64,000 nt of DNA from Mobula hypostoma (lineage: Eukaryota), in contig NC_086120.1 in the NCBI RefSeq assembly GCF_963921235.1, forward strand, positions 30,938,001 to 31,002,000, given 5' to 3'. This document shows positions 1-10,630 of this stretch, piece by piece. The notes under the pieces are model-generated. The model was not told the origin of the DNA and searched no databases. It saw only the letters and a list, made by a program, of their open reading frames with translations. Within the stretch, counting starts at the first letter, position 1. Each line of letters opens with the position of its first letter. The position numbers were made by a program, and so were the translations under genes.

Positions 1-34
1 CTCATGTTGTGAAGCTTTAAAAGTACAGTGTTTA

Positions 35-530
35 GAACCTAGAATATAGAACATTACAGCACAGTACAGGCCCTTCAGCCCACAATGTTTTGTTGACCTT
101 TTAACCTACTCTAAGATCAATCTAACCCTTCCCTCCTATATAGACCTCCAACTTTCTATCATCTATATGTCTATTTAAGAGTTTCTGAAATGCCTCTAAT
201 GTATTTGCCTCTACCATCGCCCCTGGCAGGGCATTCCACACACCCACCACTCTCTGTGTAAAATGCCTACTTCTGATTCCCCACCCCCCTATACTTTCTT
301 CCAGTCACCTTAAAATTATGTCCTCTGGTATTAGGGATTTCCGTCCTGGAAAAACGTCTCTAGCTCTCCACTCGATGTATGCCTCTAATCATCTTGTACA
401 CTTCTATCAACTCACCTCTCATCTTCCTTCACTCAAAAGGGAAAAGGCAGGACTTGCTCAACCTATCCTTCATCAGACATGTTCTCTAGTCCAGGAATTA
501 TTGTGGTAAATCTCTCAGCCTCCTTTAGTG
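35..530 (-). mobile_element. CR1 (HER1-like) LINE, 3' fragment
   Basis: Reverse complement of the typical elasmobranch CR1 3' end (...tgtgggctgaagggcctgtactgtgctgtaatgttctatattct) followed by degraded ORF2 C-terminal sequence. Confidence 0.8.
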
Positions 531-754
531 TCTTAGACCATTCGACTTCTCAAGTCCACTTTGCCATCCAGTTACATCATTTTTATCTTGTCTTAATTTC
601 ATCCACCGATTTTAGATTTGTGGCCTTGCTAAATAATGTCACCTATTACATTGAAAAAAATAATTATTTGAATTATGGAGCATGAATTGGCCATATTAAC
701 TCAGCATTTCAAGCAGTATGCTATGATCTTGCTGACACTGCCAGAATTCTTGCT

Positions 755-1430
755 GATCGCAAATGGAAAGTTAGCATTCATTTCAAGACATCTGGAATAC
801 AAGAGGAAAGATGCAATGCTGAGGCTTTATAAGGCACTAGTGAAACCTCACCTTAGGTATTGTGAAAAGTTCTGGGCTCTTTATCTAAAAAAAGATGTGT
901 TGGCATTGGAGAGGGTTCAGAGGAGGTTCACAAGCATGATTCCAGGAATGAAGGGGTTATCATAGGAGGAAACTTTGATGGCTCATAGGAGGAAACTTTC
1001 CTGTACTCACAGGAATTTATAAGTCTAAGACTTTGCTGAGATCACTCTGGGCTCCTGCATGCAGTTTTGGTTTCTGGACAGAAGGTGGAATACATTTGCC
1101 TTAGCGGGTGTGCTGCAGATATACAAGGAGTTGCTGAGCGGTTGTGCCCTTCTTCCTGTGGAGTCTAGAACCAGGAAATATTGACTCACAGCCATCGTGG
1201 ACAGAGATGAGGAGAAAGTTCTTCACTCAAAAGTCTATAAGCTTTGGAAATTTCTGTGCCAGTGGGTTGTGGTTACTGAATCATTTTGCATATACAGTAA
1301 TACTGAGGGAGTTGGAGAAATAGGGTTCAGGCAGAAAAATCAATTTGAGGGACAGGATCAGCCTTAGTCTGATTTTATGATGGAGCAGGATCAAAGGCCG
1401 GATGATGTAATCGTGCTTCTATTTGGCATG
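755..1430 (+). mobile_element. CR1 LINE ORF2 C-terminal fragment
   Basis: ORF 675..965 contains LYKALVKPHLRYCEKFW...LERVQRRFTSMIPGMKGLS, the CR1 ORF2 C-terminal motif. Degraded CR1 sequence continues to about 1430. Confidence 0.85.
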
Positions 1431-1688
1431 TCCTTAAATTCTCATTCAGTGCTGAGAATACAATGAAATGCTGAACTGATTTCCCATCATCCCAGGTAGA
1501 TGTCAAAGGTATCATGCCATTATTTTGAGGAAAAAACAGCAGAGATTCCCTCAGTGATCCAGCCAATATGTATCCTTAAAAAACCAAGATAAGATTTTGA
1601 TGGGTGTTATCGCATTACTCTATCCGGGAGTTTCCTTTGTGATGGTTCCAATAACAATCTCTTTTGAAAAGTATTTTATTGACTGTAA

Positions 1689-1930
1689 TAAGAATATAAA
1701 ATGTTGGAAATGCCCAACAGGTCACAAAGTGTCTGTGAAAGGGGGGTCAGAGATCACGTTTCATATCAAGTACTCTTCATCAGGACAGCATAAGAGCAGA
1801 CAAAAGAATTTTAACCTGATCCAATAGCACTGTTTCTCTTCCCTCAGATGCTTTCCTAACTTGCTGAGTGCTTCTATGTACTCTGCTTTTTTTTTCAGAC
1901 GTCCAGCATTTGCATTTTCTTTATATTTTC
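1689..1930. mobile_element. Old palindromic PLE-derived element (inverted pLTR ends) with hammerhead relic
   Basis: 11-bp TSD attgactgtaa (1678-1688, 1931-1941). The arms are imperfect inverted repeats. The minus strand at 1755-1786 reads gtcCTGATGAagagtacttgatatGAAACgtg. Confidence 0.65.
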
Positions 1931-1949
1931 ATTGACTGTAAACATACAG

Positions 1950-2352
1950 TAACTGCAATCCTCAGGCTCCTGAACCAGTGTGGATAACTTCACAGACATC
2001 AACACTGGACTCATCACTGAACACAACCTACAGACTTACTTTCAAGAATTCTACAACTCATGTTCTGGTATTATTTATTCATTGCTGTATTTGTAGTTTT
2101 TTTTTTGTAAATGTACAACTTGTCATCTTTTGCACATCGGTTTCTTGTCAGTCTTATGTGAAGTTTTTCATTGATTCTATTGTATTTCTTTGTTCTATGT
2201 GAATATCTATATTGTATCATTTCTTAATGCATGCATTACCAAATGACAATAAAAGAGGACTGCGTGTCTTCATAATCATAAATGAATCTCAGGGTAGTAT
2301 ATAGTGACATATATGTACTCTGATAATAAATTTAATTTGAACTTAAACTTTG
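1950..2352 (+). mobile_element. Rex1/Babar-type LINE 3' UTR fragment containing a short second tail (about 2205-2280)
   Basis: Ends in tgataataaatttaatttgaacttaaactttga. The internal aatgacaataaaagaggactgcgtgtcttcataatc matches the tails at 28715-28785 and 40775-40850. Confidence 0.65.
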
Positions 2353-2849
2353 AATTTGGAAGTCCCAGTTTTGTAAAAGGCACTATGGACATAAAAACTT
2401 TTCTGTCTTTGCCTTAGTAAACTTATTAGTTAATTACTTATTATAATTAATAATAACTATCACTGGTAAATTATTATACTACAAAAATTACTCATTTTTC
2501 AGGTGAAATCTGAGATGCTTTAATGGTTAAATCTATTAAAATAATTACATAGTTTGAAGGAAATGACATTGAATGCAGAACTGAGTGCAGATAGATAAAA
2601 TAGGAAAATGGAGAAGCATCAAGTGATGTGTACTTGACAATAGGTAGCAGTTCATCAGCATAGCTGTAACTCTAAATTTATATCTTTTTATTATTAAGGT
2701 TAGATTTATCATCATTTCTCTCTTGATGGGAGATTGAATGAGGTGCATAGGGTGCATAAGATGAAAACTGTGATATAAACTGCAATGTGATGCCAGCTTT
2801 GTTTCATTATACCACTGAGCGTAAGTGGCTAAGGATATTTAAGAATATT

Positions 2850-3519
2850 CAACGTCAGACACAGTCTTATACAGTTTAAAACACTACATAGACTCCATTA
2901 TTCCAAAGAAAAGTTGCACAGTTTCTACCCTGATGTTTCACCAGTTTGTAATAGATGTAAATCTGTGAAGAGTAACTTGTCACATTCATTCTGGTCATGT
3001 TGTAAGCTTTATGCATACTGGAAAAATATTTTTCACTGTTTCTTTGAGGCTTTTGGAAAGCGGTGTGAACCAGACCTGCTCATAGCCATCCTTGGAGCAA
3101 CAAGCTCCCTACCTTCAGCCAAAATGTATGAAAAAAATGGCACTATTTGGAATGGTGATTGCTAAGAAGTTAATCCTGCAAATGTGGAAAATGGACTCTG
3201 TACCTACGTACGATCGGTGGCTGAGAGAACTGGTGAATACTTTACATTTGGAGAGACTGAGACTATGTAATGAGGACAGAGGGGACATCTTTGAAAGGAT
3301 ATGGGGCCCTGTATTGGACTTTCTTACGGGGTGAGGACTGAGGTTTTTTCGTGCAGTGCACCTCTGCTGTGTGTGTTTACTTTTGCCTTTATATTTTTCT
3401 CCCTTATGCTGCTTAATATTTAATTTGATTTTGTTATGGTTGTGGTTTTTGTGGGTGTGCTGTTTTTTTTTGTTTTTTTGTTTGTTTGCTCGTAATAAAT
3501 AAAAATTAAATTGAAAAAA
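2850..3519 (+). mobile_element. L1 (fish-type) 5'-truncated copy: ORF2 C-terminal zinc knuckle, 3' UTR, poly(A)
   Basis: QFKTLHRLHYSKEKL...SPVCNRCK...SHSFWSC (CCHC motif) in ORFs 2914..3165 and 3092..3334. AATAAA plus A-rich tail. 9-bp TSD aagaatatt (2841-2849, 3520-3528) at a TT/AAGA site. Confidence 0.9.
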
Positions 3520-3528
3520 AAGAATATT

Positions 3529-3672
3529 TACAAACAAAATGCTGGATGAACTCAGCTGGTCAGGCAGCATCTGTTTATTAATTTCCATAGATGCTGCCTG
3601 ACCTGCTGAGTTCCCCCAGCATCTTGTGTGTGTGTTGCTTTGGATTTACAGTATCTGCAGACTTTGTCATCT
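3529..3672. mobile_element. Palindromic PLE-derived MITE-like element
   Basis: aaaatgctggatgaactcagctggtcaggcagcatct ... agatgctgcctgacctgctgagttcccccagcatctt form inverted arms matching the pLTR 3' end. Confidence 0.75.
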
Positions 3673-3815
3673 TTAAAAGTGTTTCCCAAAGTTGGGGCAA
3701 TCACTAATAAATAAAGACATTTGCTGGAAATTGAAGAAAAAAGCAATTTTACACAACTTGCATTTATGTGGTTCATTAATCAGAGTGAAGGATGCTTCAC
3801 AGGAACAGGACTTAA

Positions 3816-3953
3816 CACTGGGTTGTGTAAGTACGTGATCACTAGGTTGTGTGATCATGGGGTTACGTGATCACTGGGTTACGTGATCATTGGGTTACGC
3901 AATCACTGGGTTATGTGATCATGTGGTTAAGTGATCATTGGGTTACATGATCA
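3816..3953. repeat. 16-bp minisatellite, consensus CACTGGGTTACGTGAT, 7 full units plus a partial unit
   Basis: Units start at 3840, 3856, 3872, 3888, 3904, 3920 and 3936, read directly from the sequence. Confidence 0.9.
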
Positions 3954-4259
3954 GAAGCTTGTCTGAAGATAGGTTGATAATTGAGAGCTGTATTTGGTTC
4001 AATCCATTGCTTACTCTGAAAACTTGTTAAAATCTAAAGGTATGTGTCCCATTAACATAAAGATGCTAAGAAAATGGTGATAGCTTGACAATTTTTGGAA
4101 ACAGTTTGAACAAGAAAAGATAAATTGATGTTGGGTCAGCTAAAAATGAATTGTGTCACATGCATAGTGGTGCTATACATGATGATGATACGAGAGACTG
4201 CAGATGCTGGAAAATGGAGCAACAAACCATCTGCTGGAAGAAATCAGCAGGTTGAAGTA

Positions 4260-4385
4260 TCAAACCTCTTACTAGCTCTTCTTTCAGTTAGTCCTGACGA
4301 AGGGTCTCGGACCGAAATGTCGACTGTACCTCTTCCTATAGATGCTGCCTGGCCTGCTGCGTTCACCAGCAACTTTGATGTGTGT
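4260..4385 (+). mobile_element. 5'-truncated PLE pLTR insertion inside an older PLE-derived element (4190-4259)
   Basis: 11-bp TSD aggttgaagta (4249-4259, 4386-4396). Sequence nearly identical to the pLTRs at 13990-14105 and 53255-53378. Confidence 0.9.
4289..4326 (+). ncRNA. Minimal type I hammerhead ribozyme motif (PLE pLTR), stem III variant
   Basis: TAGTC CTGACGA AGGGTCTCGGACC GAAA TGTC GACTG: core intact, stem I TAGTC/GACTG, C>T change in the ACGU palindrome. Confidence 0.7.
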
Positions 4386-4621
4386 AGGTTGAAGTACAGT
4401 CCAGCAGACTGAATGCTGCTCATTGTGTTAATGTTGCTTATGTGTTAATAGCATGGCGTCAGGACAACATCAGGACAGTTGGACAGGTACATAGATTAGT
4501 AAGGTTTAGAAGGTTGTGGGCCAAACACTGACAAATGAGAGTAGCCTGGACCAGTTGGGCTGAAGGGCCTGTTTTTGTCCTGTATGAGTCTATAACCGTA
4601 TGTCTTTTAGAACCAATCAAA

Positions 4622-5000
4622 TACAGTGGATTCCGGTTAATCAGGGCAACTGCTTATTTGGGACAACTCTTAAAGAACAAAAACTAATTGAGAAAATAGC
4701 CGGGATTCCCTTTGTTTATTTGGGACACTAATTGGGGCAGGAGATTGTTACTGAACAGTTTCTAACTAGCGTCAGTCGTATGTAGTTGCGTGGCCGTTAG
4801 GCATGACATCATGCTTAGAGCAAACACTTTTTAAATAGTGTCAGTTGCTGTAATTGTGTTGAAAAAGCAGTGATTTTTGTCACTGATAGTTGGAGTGAAA
4901 TAAGTAGTAAGACAATTCGGAGCTGTTTTGCTCACTGCGGTTTCAAGCATTCAGACTTGGAGATGCCAGAAATGGCCAGGAGTGGAAATGAAACAATTTG
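4622..5000 (+). mobile_element. Tigger/pogo DNA transposon fragment
   Basis: Begins TA-CAGTGGATTCCGGTTAAT (pogo-type TIR). 4864-4944 translates KAVIFVTDSWSEISSKTIRSCFAHCGF, matching the W..(V/I)...TI..CF...GF C-terminal motif of Tigger transposases. Confidence 0.75.
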
Positions 5001-5909
5001 TTTTCTGACTTTTACAAATTGCCACAATTAGAAGTAAGTATTACTTCTCTTCTACTTTTCCTGCCTTGTCTGCAACTCAGTCACAATTTTCTGAAATCCA
5101 TCCCACAGTTTACCTAGAGTCTTAGTGATAAGTATTTATGTTAAGGAATAAGTATTTTCCGGAATTCCCCCCGTCTTCTACAGTTATTCCCATGGAATTT
5201 ATTACAACTGTCTGAAAAAGCAGATGGAGCTTCCATCTAGTATGGGATAAGAGCACATAACACTGAGGTGAATGATCTATTTGCAAAGTCCTGTGTCTCA
5301 AACAGGGAAAGTCAGGACTTTTTACTTTTTAAGTTTTTAAATCTTTAACTTTTTAAGCCTGAGCCACACTAATAGTACAGTATTGAATGAATTGTCATTA
5401 AGGTGAGGCCCTGTTTTACACCTGATTACAAATGTAAAACTTTTGTTAATTGATTGGGTCTCATCAGATTTATTTGGCTTCTTAATTAAAACATCTACAC
5501 TTCAAAAAATGTATAGGCATTTAAATGGATTTCCCGATTTGAACACAGTAGTGTTCACCTTCCCAGCAGTTATCAGAAGGTGCTGGGAGGAAAGGGACCT
5601 CCACTGCCACACTGCAAATGATGAGCTTTGCAATGCACAACCTGTCTGAGTTATTAAATCAGGCAGTAAAATATCTGTAACCTTGGGATTTGCTCTTTTC
5701 CTCTGCTATCTCCTCTGTGTAGAACAGTATTCCCATTGCAGTCAATTGCTGTACAATTAAAACCAACACCACTTTCCAAAGTGATGTATTTAACAGAGCA
5801 ACTGGGGGAAGCCACAGCCCCCAGTCATCAGCTCTCTGCTGCCAAACTCATTCTTCCTGCAAACATTATCGCAAAGGAGGTGAAAGTAATCTTACTTTAT
5901 AAAAATCCT

Positions 5910-6050
5910 TAACACAAGATGTTCTGCAGGTGCTGTAAATACACAGCAACACAAAAAAAATGCTGGAGAAAAATCAGCAGCTCAGACAGCATCTATGGCA
6001 GGGAATAAGCAGTCAACATTTTAGACTGAGACTTCTTCAGGACTGGAGAA
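5910..6050 (-). mobile_element. PLE pLTR 3' fragment (older subfamily)
   Basis: acacaagatgttctgcaggtgctg...aaatgctggagaaaaatcagcagctcagacagcatctatgg...ttcaggactgg, a degenerate pLTR end. Confidence 0.65.
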
Positions 6051-6175
6051 AAGCTATTAGCCATTTTTACCCTTGAAAGGGTTGTTGTAACTATAGGATT
6101 GAGTGACAGGGTGGTAAAAGTGCTGGAGGTGGAGGGCAGGTTATGTTTCCAACAAGGACAGGAAGAGATTAAACT

Positions 6176-6308
6176 TGTGATGAAGGGTCATGGCCCAAAA
6201 TGGCGACTGTTTACTCTTTTCCACAGATGTTGCCTGGCCTGCTGAGTTCCTCCACCATTTTGTGTGTGTTGCTTGGATTTCCAGCATCTGCAGATTTTCT
6301 CTTGTTTG
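6176..6308 (+). mobile_element. Short PLE pLTR insertion starting at the hammerhead core
   Basis: tgatgaagggtcatggcccaaaatggcgactg...ccagcatctgcagattttctcttgtttg, with ttgtgat repeated at both junctions. Confidence 0.75.
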
Positions 6309-6384
6309 TGATTGAGCTCTTAAAATTGCCCACCTCGTTTTCATAATAATGTGGCTCTTCAAGTTTCCCAATCTATAAAGACCA

Positions 6385-6560
6385 GGTTACATTTTTTTGT
6401 AGTGTCTTTCAGCACATTAAACATCCCAAAGTGCTTTTAAAATGAGATTACTATTTTATTCTTGAAAACGTACAAGCAATTTATGCACAGCAAGTTCATC
6501 CAAGCCACGAAGTATTTATGTGTCGATAATTTGCTTAAAAACAAGGGATGGATATTGAAA
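6385..6560 (-). mobile_element. Deu-domain SINE relic (3' half)
   Basis: catcccaaagtgctttt...gcaatttatgcacagcaagttc matches the reverse complement of the Deu-SINE core and tail. Confidence 0.55.
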
Positions 6561-6579
6561 GTTCCATATTTTTACAACA

Positions 6580-6855
6580 GAAATAGACTATTTCAGCTCA
6601 TTAAATCCATAGCAACTCACACAGTAATCCTATATCATCTTTAACCATTTCCCTATTTTTCCCATACTTCCATCAACTATCTCCATATTTTAGCACAATT
6701 ATCAGGGTCTTTTGGGGATGTGGGAGTAAGCTGGAGAACCTGGAGGAAACCCATGCGGATATGTCAATGTGAAAACTGCACACACGCACTGAATGATAGG
6801 TTTGAACCTGGGTCACTGGAGTCATGAGACAGCAGCATTATGAGATGTGGCATTA
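6580..6855 (-). mobile_element. V-SINE/HE1-type tRNA SINE
   Basis: V-domain reverse complement ggatgtgggagtaagctggagaacctggaggaaacccatgcgg and B-box reverse complement tttgaacctggg. Confidence 0.75.
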
Positions 6856-8333
6856 AGCAGTTTCTTAGGATCTTGTGCATTTTCTTAAGAAGGCAGAGCA
6901 AGAATTCAGTTGAGATTCAATTGTTTATCATTGTATGTTTTAGCTTTTACCAATTCAGAATTGTTTGGTTTCCCAGAGAGATGTAATAGCGATCATTTCT
7001 ATGTCTCTCTGCGTCACTCCAGAAATCCGACATTACTGGGGTAGAAATGTGCAGGATGCTTGTAAATCCCTGTACAATATTCTTTTTAGAGTATTGCAGG
7101 GGACGTTGGGCCATAATGTCCAGGGATGCCTACTAGAGTAGAACTCAACTGAGAAACTAGTGGGTAAGTCATCTGTTTCTCTTATAACCAATGGTTCCTA
7201 ACTTCATACAAACCTCCCACCATCCCCCATCTCTCACTTCCACCTTATGACCTTACAGATTCAGAACCTGACCCCCTCCAGTCTCCAAACCACCATGACT
7301 TTCCTGACTTCCCTAAGCCAAAGCCCTTGCTCCTGAATTGCCCGCCTTCCTGACCATCCAACACTGGAGGTTCCCATTGTGACCCTTCCCTTTCATTGCC
7401 TCCTATGAAGATTCATAATAGAACTTTAACTCGACTCCTCTCACACCTCAAACCTCAACCACTGCACAAACCTGGTGATGCCTATGACTGCTGGCCATCC
7501 CACACCTTGTACCCCAAAACCAATCTCATTCACTCCTCCCTTCAATTTCTTTTGCTTAGCTTAGTGAATGAGACCAATAACGAATGCCAGCAGATCGGAG
7601 GAAATGGGTGGGGTGCAAGTTTGGAAGAAAAGGGCTTGGCCCATCTTGTGTTTGTGGAAAAAAAATTGGCCTGGTTGTGTCTGAATCAGCTCGCAGCTCC
7701 CCTGAGCGTGTAGTAACCCGTTCAAGCAGACCAAGAAGTTTCCAGGTCCTATTGCCAGATCATGCTGATTGAGTTGGCCTCGACCAAGGTAGCAACATGA
7801 GCAGTAAAATTAGCCTCTGGATCATGGAGTTGGGAAGAAGAAATCTCCAAAACTTATAACTTCATTATTCATAGGAATGGCTGGACTCACAGCTGAGATT
7901 TCATTGACAACTCAGTCATTCTTACCGTGAAATTACAAGTGTTAATATGAAACATGAATGACTCACACAGAAATAAATCAACTTCCCCAGTTGGCAATAC
8001 AGATGCAACCCTTTTCATTTTATGGTCAGTTATTTTCTATGTGTTACATCTTACTACTAACAATCCACTCATATTACGTTTCAAACATTTTGGAATGAAA
8101 AAGCTAATGAAGTATTTCCTCGTAACCAACCAGGTATGTAAATAGAAATTTTGAAATATATGTCACCTCATTCTTCTTCCTCTCGATTTCAATTTTCTCT
8201 GGTATTCAGTTTCCCATTTGTCTCTTTCTCCGTTATTTTATTTTCCTCGGATGTATTTTGAGTCAGTTACGTATGCGCAGAAGCGGGTCCAAATCCTGTG
8301 CATAACTTGAAAGGCAACTTCTAAACTGGTACT

Positions 8334-9020
8334 TACACTCAGTGGCCACTTTATTAGGTACACCTGGACACCTGCAGGTTAATGCACTAGCTAATCAGCC
8401 AATCATGTGGCAGCAAATCGACTCATGAAAGCTTAGGACATGGTCAAGAGGTTCAATTGTTGTTCAGACCAAACATCAGAATAGGGAAGAAATGCGATCT
8501 AAGCAACTTTGACTGTGGTGTGCAGAACAGCATCTCTGAATACACAACACATTGAACCTTGAAGTCAATGGGCTACAGCAACAGGAGGCGAGGAACGTAC
8601 ACTCAGTGACGACTTTATTAGGTGCCGGCGGTACCTACTACTATTTATATATTTAGAGATACAGTGCAGAACAGACCCTACCGGCCTGATGAGCACCACC
8701 CAACAACCCACCGATTTAACCCTAGCCTAGTCACAAGACAATTTACAATGACCAATTAATCTGTGGACCCGTATGACTTTTTGGACTGTGGGATGAAATT
8801 GGAACACACAGAAAAAAACCTACATAGTCACAGGGAGAATGTACAATCTCCTTACGGACAGCTCTGGAACTGAACTCTGATACCCCACGCTAACCCAGCT
8901 CTGGAACTGAACTCTGATACCCCATGCTAACCGCTACAATACTGTGATAACCAATAGGATGACTACTTCACTAATGTCCTTCAGGAAAGGAAATTGGCCA
9001 TAAAGTGGCCACTGCGTATA
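8334..9020. mobile_element. Tc1-like non-autonomous element with right TIR split by a V-SINE
   Basis: Left TA-cactcagtggccactttattaggtacacc. The right TIR is split into ggtaccta (about 8630) and taaagtggccactgcgta-TA (9001-9020). An internal direct TIR copy lies at about 8598-8623. Confidence 0.75.
8640..8950 (-). mobile_element. V-SINE/HE1-type SINE with a 37-bp internal tandem duplication
   Basis: ttggactgtgggatgaaattggaacac V-domain. cagctctggaactgaactctgataccccaygctaacc occurs twice (8859-8895, 8896-8932). Confidence 0.8.
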
Positions 9021-9194
9021 TTTCCTCATGTCCAACCAGATGCAGAAATAGAATTTTGTATGTTACCTCATTCTTCTTCATCTTGTCTCAAAACTTACTC
9101 TGGCGTTCACTTGCTCTTTGTCCCCTTCACTTTTCTTTTATTTTCCTCAGGTGTATTTTGAGTCAGTTATGTATGCACAGTCAGTTATGTGTTC

Positions 9195-10214
9195 CCCTCG
9201 CTGATGATCAACACAGGTGTCCCTCAGGGGTGTGTGCTTGGCTAACTGCTCTACTCTCTATACCCATGACTGTGCGGCTAGCTCTAATACCATCTATAAA
9301 TTTGCTGACGATACAACCATTGTCGGTAGAATCTCAGGTGGTGACGAGAGGGCATACAAGAGCGAGATACGCCAACTAGTGGAGTGGTGCCGCAGTAACA
9401 ACTTGGCACTCAACGTCAGCAAGAGGAAAGAGCTGATTGTGGACTTCAGGAAGGGTAAGACGAAGGAACACATACCAACTATCATAGAGGGATCAGAACT
9501 GGAGAGAGTGAGCAGCTTCAAGTTCCTGGGTGTCAAGATCTCTGAGGATCTAATCGGGTCCCAAGATATCAATGCAGTTGTAAAGAAGGCAAGACAACAG
9601 TTATACTTTATTATGAGTTTGAAGAGATTTGGAATGTCAAATCTATTCAAAAACTTCTATAGTTGTACCGTGGAAAACATTCTGACAGGCTGCATCACTG
9701 TCTGGTATGGAGGGGCTACTGCACAGGACGGAAAGAAGCTGCAGAGGGTTGTAAATCTAGTCAGCTCCATCTTGGGTACTAGCCTACAAAGTACTCAGGA
9801 CATCTGCAGAGAGCGGTGTCTCAGAAAGGCAGTGTCCATTATTAAGTACCTTCAGCAACCAGGGCATGCCCTTTTCTCACTGATACCATCAAGCAGGAGA
9901 TACGGAGGCCTGAAGGCACACACTCAACGATTCAGGAACAGCTTCTTCCCCTCTGCCATCCAATTCCCAAATGGACATTGAACCCTTGGACACTACCTCA
10001 CTTCTTTTAATATATAGCATTTCTGTTTTTGCATGATTTTTAATCTATTCAATATACATATGCTGTATAAAGTATACTGAATAAGATTTATTTATTTATT
10101 AACATTATTTTATTTTTTTCTTCTATATTATATATTGCATTGAACTGCTGCTGCTAAATTAACAAATTCCACGTCACATGCTGGTGATAATAAACCTGAT
10201 TCTGATTCTGATTC
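9195..10214 (+). mobile_element. Rex1/Babar LINE, 5'-truncated (RT C-terminal half, 3' UTR, (ATTCTG)n tail)
   Basis: ORF 9217..9981: LYTHDC...KFADDTTIVG...WCRSNNLALNVSKRKELIVDFRK...FKFLGV...RFRNSFFPSAI. Tail aataaacctgattctgattctgattc. Confidence 0.92.
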
Positions 10215-10289
10215 AGTAGTGGTTTTTAATCCTATGCTATAACTTGAAAAACCACTTCTAGCCAGGTACTTAAATTCAGAGGATATGTT

Positions 10290-10630
10290 ACTGAAGATCT
10301 CATTTACTGGGATTTAGTGGGTTAAATCATGAAAGGTCTTAAGGGTCATAAAGGATGGCTATCAGACTGTTCTCTGACAGCCTGATCTCATTGTCACAAG
10401 CTAAAATTCCAGTGTATCAATTGATGGGCTTTTACATTCAATTAACTTCTGGCTGGCATCAGTATGAAGACTCCTTCACTAATGTCCTTCAGAAAAGGAA
10501 ACTGGCCAACCTTGGCTGGTCTGATCTGTATGTAACTCCAAACCAATGTGGTTGACTCTTAATCACTGTGGGCAATAGATGCCAGCCTTACCCACAGTGC
10601 ATTAGTTCTGTGAACACATCAATAAATAAA
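10290..10630 (+). mobile_element. Old elasmobranch SINE relic (related copies at about 22150-22320 and 41770-42080)
   Basis: ttcactaatgtccttcagaaaaggaaactggccaaccttggctggtctgatctgtatgtaactcca...tgtggttgactcttaa recurs in degraded form elsewhere in the window. Confidence 0.55.

Larger units (their letters stand above)
1440..2410 (+). mobile_element. Ancient Deu-domain SINE (SacSINE1/AmnSINE1-like), split by younger insertions at 1689-1930 and about 1950-2352
   Basis: Segments ccagccaatatgtatcc, gaaaagtattttattgactgtaa and tttggaagtccc...gtaaaaggcactat match the Deu-SINE body and tail as I recall them. Confidence 0.55.

Noticed and set aside
3816-3953. CRISPR-like array
   Set aside because: The units are contiguous 16-mers without unique spacers, there are no cas genes, and the context is vertebrate.
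7200-7550. C-rich strand-biased segment
   Set aside because: Low complexity with no periodicity or family motif that I can support.
9217-9981. 254-aa ORF as a host gene
   Set aside because: It is the RT C-terminal half of a 5'-truncated Rex1/Babar LINE with its own 3' UTR and tail.
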